Part shown: positions 30,447-41,941 of the stretch, piece after piece
How positions within the stretch are numbered: position 1 is the first letter of the stretch
Layout: each line of letters begins with the position of its first letter
NCBI GenBank assembly: GCA_963789395.1
Contig: CAWBKP010000019.1
Location: forward strand, 96,001-160,000
Origin: an uncultured delta proteobacterium
Lineage (GTDB): Bacteria; Desulfobacterota; Desulfobacteria; Desulfobacterales; Desulfatirhabdiaceae
Length of the DNA: 64,000 nt
Direction of reading: 5' to 3'
The notes under the pieces: generated by a model
What the model was told of the DNA's origin: nothing
The model's database searches: none
What the model saw: only the letters and a program-made list of their open reading frames with translations
Translations under genes and position numbers: made by a program

Positions 30447-30761
30447 ATGGATATTTCGCTTAAAACAACCACCGGGTATGGCGGTTATGCAGGGATGGGG
30501 ATGAATACAAAAGCAACCCGCTCCCTTTCTCAGGATTCCAAAATCGAATCGGCCTGCACGGAACTGGAGTCACTGTTTATTCAGAACATGCTCAAGGGAA
30601 TGCGGGCTTCAATACCCAAGGGCGGACTGACAGGCGGTGGAAAGGCTGAAGAGATGTTCACGGATATGCTGGATGCCGAGCTGGCAAAATCTGTTTCCGC
30701 GTCCGGCGGGATAGGGCTTTCTTCGATGGTTCGAAGGCAGCTGGAAGCTGATCCAAAATAG
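30447..30761 (+). CDS. flgJ: FlgJ, rod-binding domain only (no muramidase domain)
   Basis: ACTELESLFIQNMLKGMR..MFTDMLD..GGIGL; 104 aa. Confidence 0.88.
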   Translation: MDISLKTTTGYGGYAGMGMNTKATRSLSQDSKIESACTELESLFIQNMLKGMRASIPKGGLTGGGKAEEMFTDMLDAELAKSVSASGGIGLSSMVRRQLEADPK

Positions 30762-30859
30762 GCAATGCCAACACGGGAAAATAAGGGGTCATAGAGCCCC
30801 TGGCATTTACTGTAACCCAAGCTGCTTTTGAATTCCGGACGAAGGGTAAGAAATACTAT

Positions 30860-30887
30860 TAAAGTTTTAACGGATAAAGGCTGATAT
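30860..30887 (+). promoter_or_regulatory. Putative sigma28 promoter of flgM
   Basis: TAAAG-N15-GCTGATAT upstream of flgM. Confidence 0.6.
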
Positions 30888-30926
30888 TCTATTCAAGGTA
30901 ACCATTTACAGGTGAAGGAGTGATTT

Positions 30927-31241
30927 ATGGTTAACATCATTGATGGAAATCAGCCGGCAGGCATAAAAGCCTATACCAGCCAGAAGACGTCCAGGCCACG
31001 GAGAAACGGGAAGGTATCCGGCGGTCATGCCGCTTCGGATACCTGCCAGGATCGGGTATTGTTGTCACCCGTGGCAAAAGAAATACAGCTGGCAATAAGC
31101 CAGTTGAAGGATATTCCAGATGTCCGGGTCGAGAAAGTATCCGAGATCAGAAATCAGATTGACAAGGGAACGTACCCGGTTTCTTCGGAAAAAATCGCCC
31201 AGGGTCTGATTGATGAGTCACTGCTGAATGAGATTTTATAG
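30927..31241 (+). CDS. flgM: Anti-sigma28 factor FlgM
   Basis: DRVLLS..PDVRVEKVSEIRNQIDKGTY..EKIA. Confidence 0.92.
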   Translation: MVNIIDGNQPAGIKAYTSQKTSRPRRNGKVSGGHAASDTCQDRVLLSPVAKEIQLAISQLKDIPDVRVEKVSEIRNQIDKGTYPVSSEKIAQGLIDESLLNEIL

Positions 31242-31435
31242 CTCTTCTGCCTAGCAAAAGTGCATATCGTCTGGAAGAAGTTGAATGAGGGCTGGTCTGA
31301 GCGCCGGTTTATTCACATTTTGCTTTATGTCGATAAGGATTCATGGAAACTGAGACTTGACTATTTCGTGCCATGATAGACCATGGCGGGGTGTCTGAAA
31401 ATATGCAGGACGAGTTCACAGCAACAGGCGATAAT

Positions 31436-31936
31436 ATGGAAACAATGCTGAACGAGTTGATACGGGTATTGGAGAATCAGGCCGGCCTTTACCGGTCGTT
31501 GCTGAAAGTTTTGCTGAATGAGAAAAAAGCGGTTGTCAGCGCAAAGCTGGATGCGGTGAACGCGGCCAGAATCCGGAAAGAAGAAACACTGTCCCTGATT
31601 CGTGCCGGTGATGAGATGCGAAAGCATGTAATCAAAAGCATATCCGATCATCTGGGGTGTCCGTCACAGAGCCTGACCCTGACACAACTGGCACAACGGC
31701 TTGAAAGCCCCTTTTCCTCGAAGCTGACCCGGTGCGCCGCGGATATTTCGTTGCTGGTTCAGGACATTCATCGGGAAAATGAAACGAACAAGTCTTTGAT
31801 AACACATGCGTTGAAGATGGTTCGATCTTCAATTGACGTGATTACGCAATTGATGACGCCGCCACCGGTGTATTTCAGTACCGGAAAAATGTACCAGGGG
31901 GAAGTTTGCGGCACCGTTCTTTCCAGCAGTGTGTGA
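31436..31936 (+). CDS. flgN: Flagellar chaperone FlgN (start could be 31403)
   Basis: Helical protein after flgM; LTLTQLA, ENETNKSLI, C-terminal YxxxG. Confidence 0.85.
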   Translation: METMLNELIRVLENQAGLYRSLLKVLLNEKKAVVSAKLDAVNAARIRKEETLSLIRAGDEMRKHVIKSISDHLGCPSQSLTLTQLAQRLESPFSSKLTRCAADISLLVQDIHRENETNKSLITHALKMVRSSIDVITQLMTPPPVYFSTGKMYQGEVCGTVLSSSV

Positions 31937-32056
31937 ACAGCCATCTTGACCATGGATGCCCATTCGCAATGACGTCGCGCTGGGTTACCGGATTTTCCGG
32001 CAGACACGTTTCCGTCTCTCTAAACTTTCACTTAATTTCCAACTAGGGTCGAGTCC

Positions 32057-34603
32057 ATGAACCCAATTGAAGAAATCATCGCCAAACTCCAGTCGATTTT
32101 CGATGCTGTTGAAACCATCGGTTTGAACGATATCGGCGGGTGGGGTGCAGCCAGGTCCGAGCTGCAGGCCGTCCAGACATGTATCCCGGATGCTTACGGT
32201 GCCCTTTTCCGGATCCTGGAATTGTCGATTCAGGGAATTAACGCCATTGTCCTGAAGACGGCCCGAAATACCTTTTCAGCGGTTGAGGCCGTGAGCCAGG
32301 GCGTATTGGTTTGCAGAAAATGCCTGGAAGAGGGGGTGCTCGCCGAAGATCTAATTGATCCGGTGATTCAGGCCCTGCAGCAGGTTGTTGCCGATGATAC
32401 GGATTTGCCTTCGACTTTCCACGTTGATGCCGATGACGGCATTACCCTGCAAGCGGAACTGAATGATCTTGCATCATTGTGGGTTCAGCAGGAACCCGAT
32501 GACGCGGCGGGGGTTTCAAAGATTCTTCGGTCTCTGGTTGCTTTCTCCGAACATCCCGGCCTGCATCCTCCGGTGAAGGATCGGATTGGTAAGGCAATGG
32601 AAATCCTGTATGCGATGCCGCTTCTTGAACCAGACAGCCTGGCCCAGGCCTGGTCCGAAGCTGGAACCTGTGTGGAGCAGGCCATTCAACTGATGGAACA
32701 CCCGGATGAAATTCAGATCGATCCGCCTGAAACGCAGTCGTTGCCGAATACGGATGATGCACTGCGGGATTATATGCCCAAAGATCCGGATTCCGAACTG
32801 ATCGGCGAATTTGTTGCCGAAGCTAATGATCTGATCGCTCGAGCCGAGGAGGCGCTGCTGTCGCTTGAAGTGGATCCCGAAGATATGGATGCCGTGGGGA
32901 CTGTATTCCGCGCGTTTCATACCATTAAAGGCACATCCGCATTTCTGGAACTGTCGCTCCTTTCGGAGATGGGGCATCACGCGGAATCGCTGCTGAGCCG
33001 TGTTCGAGACAAAGAGATCCGGTATCAGGGCGGGTATGCTGATCTTGCCCTGCGGTCCCTGGATATGCTTAAAACCCTGATGCATTTGGTGGAAAAGGCG
33101 CTTGGCGGAGACCCGCTGATCAAACCCGAAGGGTATAACGCCCTGATGGATGCCTTGATGAACCCTGAGGCAGCGGGTGTTTCCGAGGAAATGGATGAAG
33201 TGGCGTCTCCTCGACTCGGGGATATTCTGGTTGCCCAAGGCAAGGCCGACCGGCAGTCGATAGAAACGCTGGTTGAGGAGCATTCGGGTGGACCTCTGGG
33301 GTTGGCGGCAATCAAAACCGGTGCTGCGTCGGCAACCGATGTGGCGCATGCCCTTCGCACCCAGGAGCGCATGAAGGGCTCCAGCAGTAAGCAATTTGTC
33401 GAAACATCGGTTCGGGTCAGCACGGATCGCCTGGACCGATTGATTGACATGGTTGGCGAAATGGTGATTGCCCATTCCATGGTGGCACAGGACAATGTGG
33501 TCGTTCAGGCCGCCCACTATGAGCTTCTGAAAAAAGTGAATCATACCAGCAAGATTGTTCGAGGACTTCAGGATCTGTCAATGTCGATGCGAATGGTGCC
33601 GCTGAAGGCGACGTTTCAGAAAATGGCGCGGCTGGTTCGGGATGTCGCCCGAAAAGTTGGAAAAAATGTGACCTTTGTTACGGAAGGGGAAGATACCGAA
33701 ATTGACAGAAATCTGGTGGATGTCATCAATGACCCCCTGGTCCACATGGTAAGAAATGCCGTGGATCACGGCATTGAGTCTCCTGAAGAACGCAAGAGAA
33801 ATGGAAAACCGCCCAATGGGACGGTGAAACTGTCAGCGTTTCATTCTGCCGGCAGCGTGGTGGTTCAAATCATTGACGATGGCAAGGGGTTGGATCGAAA
33901 AGCCATTCTGGCAAAGGCAATTGAGAAGGGGATGATCACGGACAGCTCGGCTGTGTGTGATCGTGATGTCTGCAACCTGATCCTGGAGCCCGGATTTTCA
34001 ACGGCTGCGGTGGTTACCGATGTGTCAGGCCGGGGTGTCGGTATGGATGTGGTGAAAAAAAACATCGAATCCCTGCGCGGACAGGTCGAGATACAGTCCG
34101 AGCCGGGCAAGGGATCGGTTTTTCGAATGAGCCTTCCGCTGACTCTGGCGATCATCGATGGCATGGTGTTACGGGCCGGTCAGGAAACATACGTCATTCC
34201 AACCGTTTCTATTGTCCGGTCCATCAAACCGGACCCCCGGGATATTTCAACGGTTTTCAACCAGGGGCGGGTGCTGTCTCTTCAGGGAAAACTGATTCCC
34301 CTGTATCAACTGACACGTCTTTATGAAATTGATGACCGCGGCGATGACCCGGATGGGCTGGTGGTGGTGATTGAAGACGACGGCAATCAGGCCGGTCTGA
34401 TCATAGACGAATTGGTTGGCAGACAGCAGGTGGTGATTAAAACACTTGGAGAAACCATGCAGAAGATACCGGGAATATCCGGTGGTGCCATCATGCCAAA
34501 CGGCAGGGTCGGATTGATTGTGGACATTCCCGGACTGATGAAACTTGTAGCAGCGGATGGGATTGACAAGAAAGAAGACAGATCTGACAAGGTGAATCCA
34601 TGA
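32057..34603 (+). CDS. cheA: Chemotaxis histidine kinase CheA with N-terminal extension and MshEN-like insert
   Basis: HPt FRAFHTIKG, LIDMVGEMVI, HMVRNAVDHGIE, SGRGVGMDVV, CheW-like P5 domain. Confidence 0.96.
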   Translation: MNPIEEIIAKLQSIFDAVETIGLNDIGGWGAARSELQAVQTCIPDAYGALFRILELSIQGINAIVLKTARNTFSAVEAVSQGVLVCRKCLEEGVLAEDLIDPVIQALQQVVADDTDLPSTFHVDADDGITLQAELNDLASLWVQQEPDDAAGVSKILRSLVAFSEHPGLHPPVKDRIGKAMEILYAMPLLEPDSLAQAWSEAGTCVEQAIQLMEHPDEIQIDPPETQSLPNTDDALRDYMPKDPDSELIGEFVAEANDLIARAEEALLSLEVDPEDMDAVGTVFRAFHTIKGTSAFLELSLLSEMGHHAESLLSRVRDKEIRYQGGYADLALRSLDMLKTLMHLVEKALGGDPLIKPEGYNALMDALMNPEAAGVSEEMDEVASPRLGDILVAQGKADRQSIETLVEEHSGGPLGLAAIKTGAASATDVAHALRTQERMKGSSSKQFVETSVRVSTDRLDRLIDMVGEMVIAHSMVAQDNVVVQAAHYELLKKVNHTSKIVRGLQDLSMSMRMVPLKATFQKMARLVRDVARKVGKNVTFVTEGEDTEIDRNLVDVINDPLVHMVRNAVDHGIESPEERKRNGKPPNGTVKLSAFHSAGSVVVQIIDDGKGLDRKAILAKAIEKGMITDSSAVCDRDVCNLILEPGFSTAAVVTDVSGRGVGMDVVKKNIESLRGQVEIQSEPGKGSVFRMSLPLTLAIIDGMVLRAGQETYVIPTVSIVRSIKPDPRDISTVFNQGRVLSLQGKLIPLYQLTRLYEIDDRGDDPDGLVVVIEDDGNQAGLIIDELVGRQQVVIKTLGETMQKIPGISGGAIMPNGRVGLIVDIPGLMKLVAADGIDKKEDRSDKVNP

Positions 34604-35412
34604 TGCTACCCTCCCATGAATTGAACGAGAATCAATTCCGGAAAATATCGGATCTGGTTTATCGGCATTGCGGCATCAATCTTAAAGACGGCAAGGAAGC
34701 ATTGGTGAAAGCCAGGCTGATGAAGCGCTTTCGCGCCATTGGTATGGATTCAGTGGAGTCCTATCTGGCGCTTATCCAGAGTAGTGACGGCGACCGTGAG
34801 CTGGATCATATGATTGATGCCATGACCACAAACAAGACGAGTTTTTTCAGAGAAATTGAACATTTCAAGTTTTTGCAGGAAAAGGTGCTGCCTCAGATCA
34901 AGGGAAAGCGGATGCGGTTCTGGAGCGCGGCCTGCTCATCGGGTGAAGAACCTTATTCTCTCGCAATGCTGCTGAAAGAACATCTTTCGGACAGTGATCG
35001 CAGGGATGTGCTGATTCTGGCCACCGATATTTCCAGAAGAATGCTTGAAAAAGGTGCAAAAGCCTTATATTCTGAAGATACCTTAAAGGGCCTGCCGTCG
35101 TCTTATCAGCAAAAGTATTTTGTCAGATCTCAAAATTCCGCATGTGCCTATCAGGTTTCCGATACTGTCCGGTCCATGGTTCGTCTGGCCCGCCTCAACC
35201 TGATGGATTCCTGGCCGATGAAGGGGCCGTTTCATGTGATTTTCTGCCGCAATGTGATGATATATTTTGATGGTGTCACGCAGCAGCAGTTGATCAGCCG
35301 TTTCTGGGAGATTCTTGAGCCCGGCGGATATCTCTTTGTGGGGCATTCGGAAGGGCTGTCGGCCATTACGCACAAGTTCAAATATGTTCGGCCGGCGACG
35401 TATCGGAAATAA
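34600..35412 (+). CDS. cheR: Chemotaxis methyltransferase CheR
   Basis: TTNKTSFFRE, WSAACSSGEEPYS, IFCRNVMIYF. Confidence 0.97.
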   Translation: MMLPSHELNENQFRKISDLVYRHCGINLKDGKEALVKARLMKRFRAIGMDSVESYLALIQSSDGDRELDHMIDAMTTNKTSFFREIEHFKFLQEKVLPQIKGKRMRFWSAACSSGEEPYSLAMLLKEHLSDSDRRDVLILATDISRRMLEKGAKALYSEDTLKGLPSSYQQKYFVRSQNSACAYQVSDTVRSMVRLARLNLMDSWPMKGPFHVIFCRNVMIYFDGVTQQQLISRFWEILEPGGYLFVGHSEGLSAITHKFKYVRPATYRK

Positions 35413-35506
35413 ATAAACCAGAGCGACGTCTGGCGGAATCTTTACAACACTTCTGTAACGCGCATGGTTAGCATAAACGGGTTAGACTTCAGAACACAGA
35501 CAGGTA

Positions 35507-35983
35507 ATGATGAATCACGTTGTAGCCGTTGGAGATATGAAAACAGGATGCAGGGATGACATGATTGTCACCCATGCACTTGGAAGCTGTCTGGGACTGA
35601 TGGTGTATGATCCCGCAGCACGGGTTGGCGGACTTCTCCATGCCATGCTTCCGCTTTCAAAAATCAATCTGCAAAAAGCCTCTGAAAATCCATATATGTT
35701 TGTCGATACGGGAGTTCCGGAACTTTTCAGCCGATTGTATGATTTGGGCGGTCAGAAAAGCCGCATGGTGATTAAAGCGGCTGGATGCGGCCAGCCATTG
35801 GGCAACAGTGAAATGTTCAAAATCGGGGAACGCAATTACACCATCCTGAAAAAACTGCTCTGGAAAAACAATATGCTGGTCGAAGCTGAAGATGTGGGGG
35901 GAATCGCCAGTCGTACGGTTTATTTTGACCTGTCAACAGGCCAGGTAACTATCAGCAGTAAAGGAGTCAAAAAAGAGCTGTGA
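35507..35983 (+). CDS. cheD: Chemoreceptor glutamine deamidase CheD (catalytic Cys28 and His45 intact)
   Basis: THALGSC, GGLLHAMLP, IGERN, EDVGG..RT. Confidence 0.93.
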   Translation: MMNHVVAVGDMKTGCRDDMIVTHALGSCLGLMVYDPAARVGGLLHAMLPLSKINLQKASENPYMFVDTGVPELFSRLYDLGGQKSRMVIKAAGCGQPLGNSEMFKIGERNYTILKKLLWKNNMLVEAEDVGGIASRTVYFDLSTGQVTISSKGVKKEL

Positions 35984-36834
35984 ACCAAAGAGAACTGAAA
36001 CTGATCCTGGAAGATGTAAAGTCTTTTCCCAGTATGCCTGCAGCGGCGCTGAAACTGCTGACGCTGCTGAAAGACGAGAATACATCCAACGCGCAGATCG
36101 AGCAGATCCTGCGGTATGAGCCTGGTTTGACCGCCAATATACTCAAGCTGACCAATTCTGCTTTTTTCGGGCTTCCGACAAAGATTGGTTCTGTCCGGCA
36201 GGCGATTCTGATGATCGGATGGAAAAAACTGATTCAAATCGTTCTGGCATCATGTGTCAGCGCCATCATCGACAAGCCCGTCCAGGGGTATGATTTGTCG
36301 GCCGGAGACCTGTGGCGGCATTCCGTGGCTGTTTCCGTGGCTTCGGAAATTCTGGTGAAAGAGCTGAAATTATCAGTTCCCGAAGAGGTGTTTACAGCAG
36401 CTCTCCTTCATGATGTCGGGAAAATGGTGCTGGGAAGGTATGTCAAAGAGGATATTGCCGTGATAGATGGCGAAGCGATGCAGGAAGTGCCTTTTGAACA
36501 GGTCGAACGCAGCATGTTCGGAATAGACCATGCTGAGATCGGCGCCAATATTCTGAAACGCTGGTCATTTCCACCGGCGATGATCAGCGCTGTTCGATGG
36601 CATCATGATCCGGATGCCGCACCCAAACCCAACCACCTGATAGATGTGGTCCATGTGGCGGATGTATTGTGCTTGATGTCGGGAATCGGTGTGGGCAGGG
36701 AAGGACTTCAATACCGGCCGTCACCGACGGCCTGTGAGCGTATCGGTCTTGCCGTAGAACAACTTGAAAAAGTGGCGAGCCAGACACTGCAATGGGCAAA
36801 TGAACTGGCCGCATCCCTTCAGGCCGAGGCCTGA
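35980..36834 (+). CDS. HDOD domain protein
   Basis: LTANILKLTNSAFF, WRHS, LLHDVGK, DHAEIG..W.FP, WHH. Confidence 0.92.
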   Translation: MNQRELKLILEDVKSFPSMPAAALKLLTLLKDENTSNAQIEQILRYEPGLTANILKLTNSAFFGLPTKIGSVRQAILMIGWKKLIQIVLASCVSAIIDKPVQGYDLSAGDLWRHSVAVSVASEILVKELKLSVPEEVFTAALLHDVGKMVLGRYVKEDIAVIDGEAMQEVPFEQVERSMFGIDHAEIGANILKRWSFPPAMISAVRWHHDPDAAPKPNHLIDVVHVADVLCLMSGIGVGREGLQYRPSPTACERIGLAVEQLEKVASQTLQWANELAASLQAEA

Positions 36835-36893
36835 TGCAGGGCGCATCGGCTGTTTGAAATTCAAAGACAAAGCAGAACCGGGAGAGTTGATTT

Positions 36894-37283
36894 ATGGGGA
36901 TAAACATCCTTGTCGTGGATGACAGCAGCGTCATGCGGGCAATGATTCTTAAAACGCTGCGAATGAGCGGGCTTTCTCTTGGAGATGTTTACGGAGCTTC
37001 AAATGGCGTTGAAGGGCTGGAAATCCTCAGTCGGCAGTGGACGGATCTGGTGATTCTGGATATCAACATGCCGGTGATGAATGGAGAAGACATGATGATC
37101 CGTATGAAGGAAAATCCGGAGACGCGGGATATTCCCGTTATCGTCATATCCACCGAAGGTTCCAAGACCCGGATTGATGGGCTGCTAAAAATGGGTGCAA
37201 CTTTCATTCGCAAGCCATTTACGCCTGAGATCATTCGTGATGCAATCCATCAGAGTCTGGGGACAGGAGAAAACCATGAATGA
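36894..37283 (+). CDS. cheY: CheY-like response regulator
   Basis: VVDDS, LDINMP, IST, KPF. Confidence 0.88.
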   Translation: MGINILVVDDSSVMRAMILKTLRMSGLSLGDVYGASNGVEGLEILSRQWTDLVILDINMPVMNGEDMMIRMKENPETRDIPVIVISTEGSKTRIDGLLKMGATFIRKPFTPEIIRDAIHQSLGTGENHE

Positions 37284-37731
37284 TTTCAAGAAGACGGCAT
37301 TGAGCAAGATCGCCGGAGATTCTCTGGAGAAACTGGCGTTTATGTTTTTTGTGCCCGATGCTTTCAGGGAACCGATTCCGTTTCAGGATGCCGTGACGGC
37401 TGAAGTATCGTTTTCAGGCATTTTTTCAGGCCGGCTGGCGGTGGTGATGAGTGAGCCGGCTTTAAAAGAACTGGCTGCAAATATGCTGGGGATTGACACT
37501 GAAGAGGTTGAGCAGAATCATCTGGATGATGCTTTGAAAGAAACCGCAAATATTATCTGCGGCAACTGGCTTCCGGTAGTGGGCGGGGACCAGGAGGTGT
37601 TTCACATTGCCGCACCACGGATACTGAGTCCGTTTCAGGCGTCTACTGCTTTGACAGGCCAAACCCCTTCTATCCTTGAAAAAATGAGTGCAGACGAAGA
37701 ACCCTGCGATATTTATTTTTTCAGGGAATGA
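37276..37731 (+). CDS. cheX: CheX-family phosphatase
   Basis: FSG..SG, ELAANMLG, DDALKETANIICGN (E-x2-N). Confidence 0.85.
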   Translation: MNDFKKTALSKIAGDSLEKLAFMFFVPDAFREPIPFQDAVTAEVSFSGIFSGRLAVVMSEPALKELAANMLGIDTEEVEQNHLDDALKETANIICGNWLPVVGGDQEVFHIAAPRILSPFQASTALTGQTPSILEKMSADEEPCDIYFFRE

Positions 37732-37741
37732 ACTGATAAGT

Positions 37742-38820
<1,079 letters not shown>

Positions 38821-38882
38821 TTTGATTGTCTGCGGAAGGCGATGCACAACAAACCGGAACAATTCATGAAAGGTGATTTGCC

Positions 38883-40273
38883 ATGATAGGCTTGAACGCT
38901 TCATTGTATATCGGAAGAGATGCCCTGATGACCCAGCAGTTGGCAATTTCCGTGACCGGACAGAATATTGCCAATGTGAACACGCCCGGATATTCCCGGC
39001 AGCGGGTCAATCTGGAGAGTAAAGTGATTGCTTCGGCTCAGGGGGCCATCGGAGCCGGCGTAATAGACAGAGGGATTGTCCGGTCATACGACCAGTTTTT
39101 GAATGCGCATATCCAGGAAGAGATTCAGCAGAAAGGAACGTGGCAAGCCCAGAATGAGGCGATGCAGCAGACGGAGATTATTTTTGATGAAGCGTCCGGT
39201 GACGGCTTGAGTCAGCACCTGAGTCAGTTCTGGAATGCATGGCAGGATCTGACACTGAATCCCTCCGGCTATGCGGAGCGAAAAGCGTTAACGACCGCAA
39301 GCGAGGACCTGGCGTCCAATTTTCAGGAAAAAACCCAATACCTTGATCAGGTGCAAAAAGATATGGATGGCCGGATCGCGGCTGCAACCGATGAAATCAA
39401 TTCCCTGGCAGCAAATATAACGAACCTAAACGAAAAAATCGTTCAGCTGGAATTAAATGGCAGTACTGCCAATGATTTCAGAGATAAACGGGAGCTGCTG
39501 ATCAATCAGCTGTCTGAAAAAATTAATTTTACGACCAGTGAAGATTCGCAGGGGCGTGTGACGCTGACGCTTGGAGATGGTAACGTGCTGGTTGGCAGCC
39601 CGCCGTTCGGGAAACTGACCACTGCCGTGAATGCTTCCGGGTATCATGATATCGTCTGGGATACGGCGCCGGCTACTTCGATCAATGATAGTATCGCCGC
39701 CGGGAATTTAAAGGGGTGGATGAATGTCAGAGATTCCCTTGTGCCGGAATATAAAGACCAGCTGGATATACTTGCCGGGCAAATTATAGATCAAGTCAAT
39801 GCGGTTCACTCGACAGGCAAGGGACTTGGACGGCTCTACCGGGAACAATTTTTTTTCCGGGAATTCCGCTTCAACAATTCAGGTAAATGCGACGGTTCTT
39901 GGCGATGTCAATAAAATTGCCGCCGCCGGAGCGGTTTCGCCTGGACTTGATACGGGGGGACAACACTCAGGCCATTGCCATTGCCGGTCTGCAGAATAAA
40001 CAGACAATGGATGGCAATTCGGCGACATTCGACACCTATTTCAATACACTGGTCTCCAGAGTTGGCAGTGATGTGCAGAATGCGTCGATGAATCTGGAAC
40101 ATCACGCCATGACGGTTGATCAGATGGAGAATTACCGGGAGTCCATTTGCGGGGTTTCGCTTGACGAAGAAATGGTGAATCTGGTTAAATATCAACAGGG
40201 GTATGCGGCTGCCGCAAAACTGATTGATACCGTCCAGCAGATGATGGACACTGTCATCAATATGGTAAGATGA
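38883..40273 (+). CDS. flgK: Hook-associated protein FlgK (frameshifts at ~39826 and ~39958)
   Basis: VTGQNIANVNTPGYSRQR; GVSLDEEMVNLVKYQQGYAAAAK. Confidence 0.93.
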
Positions 40274-40370
40274 ACGCGGAAATCCGATAGGCCCGGTTTT
40301 ATAGTGAACCTGTAACCTAAAGATTATATTGTGTTGCTCGGGGTTATTTGTCAAAAAATAGAGATGCATT

Positions 40371-40934
40371 ATGGACGTACACATAGTTGAACATCCGTCA
40401 CCTTTTCGTGTCGAAGATGTCCTCCTGATCGCCTTGAAAAAAATTGAGGATATTTCGTGTACCAAAGCCAGGCTTTATTCCGGGTTCTATTCCGGGATCG
40501 GGCTGTCTGTATTGGAAGAAGACCCGCCCGATGACGCCGTCAATCCCAGGCTCTGGAAAAAACTGATTTCCATGGATGCAAAATTGAATCTGATTCTGGA
40601 AAAGATGATTCAGAACAGCGACGGATTCAATCAGGCCCAAAACCGGCGGTTGTCCTTAAGTGAAGAAGATATCCGGATTGTAACGCCGGATATCTTCGCA
40701 ACCGGTGATTTTATTGAAATTAAAATGCTGTTGCCCGTCAATACGCCGGTATGGATCATCCTCTATGGCAGGGTATCACAGGTCGGAAACGTTTCATCAG
40801 ACCAGAATGAAATATGGATACTGTTTTCAGAAATGGCAGATGATGTTAAACAGATTCTGGGGTATTATCTGTTAAACCGCCAACGGGAAATCGTCCGTAA
40901 ACTCAGGCAGCAATCAAAAGAAGTCAACCCGTGA
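40371..40934 (+). CDS. PilZ-like domain protein with degenerate c-di-GMP motifs
   Basis: LISMDAKLNLIL coiled segment followed by a PilZ-like barrel (GDFIEIKMLLP..YGRV..F..M..QREI). Confidence 0.65.
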   Translation: MDVHIVEHPSPFRVEDVLLIALKKIEDISCTKARLYSGFYSGIGLSVLEEDPPDDAVNPRLWKKLISMDAKLNLILEKMIQNSDGFNQAQNRRLSLSEEDIRIVTPDIFATGDFIEIKMLLPVNTPVWIILYGRVSQVGNVSSDQNEIWILFSEMADDVKQILGYYLLNRQREIVRKLRQQSKEVNP

Positions 40935-41077
40935 TTCGTCTTATGGGCTTTTTTGTCTGAATGCGGATGCGTTCAATTTATTTTATCCCACAGGTGCTTT
41001 CCGTAAAAAAGCGGGGTGAAGACAGGTCGGGGGACTGGTTTTAAGGTCCCATTCATATAAACAGGACGTGTCAATCC

Positions 41078-41941
41078 ATGTATGTCGCAATCGGAATTGT
41101 TGTTGTATTTGGGGCCATCGGGGTGGGATATTTGATGGAACATGGCCATTTCAGCGTGCTGTTTCAGCCTGCGGAACTGGTCATCATCGGCGGAGCGTCT
41201 TTTGGCACGTTTATTATCGCATCTTCCAAAAAAACGATTTCTCTGACCTTTAAAGCGGTCAGTCAGATATTCGGCGGCCATGAATTAGATAAAAAAGCAT
41301 ATATCGAATTGCTGCTGCTGCTCAATGAAATATTTTTCAAAGTCAAGCGGGAAGGGTTTCTGGCCATTGAGGCGGATATCGATCATCCGGATGAGAGTGA
41401 GGTGTTCAAAAAATATCCCACTGTCGTATCCAGTGCATCGACCGTGGATTTTATCTGTGATAATTTCCGGACCATCATTTCCTCCAACATGACCCCTCAT
41501 GAACTGGAAAATTTAATGGAAATCGATATGGCGGCCCAGGAGCATGATGCGATGATTCCTTCTGCCGCGCTGACAAAAGTATCGGACGGTCTGCCGGCCC
41601 TGGGGATTGTCGCAGCTGTTCTGGGCGTGGTGCTGACCATGGGAAAGATCAGCGAACCCCCGGAAGTCCTGGGACACAGTATCGGGGCGGCCCTGGTGGG
41701 AACTTTTCTGGGTATTCTTGCCAGCTATGGATTGGTGGGACCCATGGCAACCAATCTCGAAAATAAGGCCAAGGAACATGATGCCTATCTGAACGTCATT
41801 AAATCGGCAATTCTGGCAATGGCCAGCGGTGCAGCGCCGCAGTCGGCAGTGGAATCGGCCAGAAGGGCCATTCCGACCGCGGATCGGCCCGGTTTTGAAG
41901 AACTCAATGAGGAAATCAAGAAATGGAAGGGCAACCAGTAA
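41078..41941 (+). CDS. motA: Second stator A subunit (E. coli-like proton-type MotA)
   Basis: QPAELVIIGGA, KREGFLAIE, LPALGIVAAVLGVV, GAALVGTFLGIL. Confidence 0.95.
   Translation: MYVAIGIVVVFGAIGVGYLMEHGHFSVLFQPAELVIIGGASFGTFIIASSKKTISLTFKAVSQIFGGHELDKKAYIELLLLLNEIFFKVKREGFLAIEADIDHPDESEVFKKYPTVVSSASTVDFICDNFRTIISSNMTPHELENLMEIDMAAQEHDAMIPSAALTKVSDGLPALGIVAAVLGVVLTMGKISEPPEVLGHSIGAALVGTFLGILASYGLVGPMATNLENKAKEHDAYLNVIKSAILAMASGAAPQSAVESARRAIPTADRPGFEELNEEIKKWKGNQ

Noticed and set aside
29657..30472. Long antisense ORFs (e.g. 29657-30472, 32516-33544, 58599-59549)
   Set aside because: Shadows of well-supported genes on the opposite strand, with no motifs.
31310..31336. Sigma28 promoter for flgN (GTCGATAA)
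   Set aside because: No -35 element at the proper spacing.
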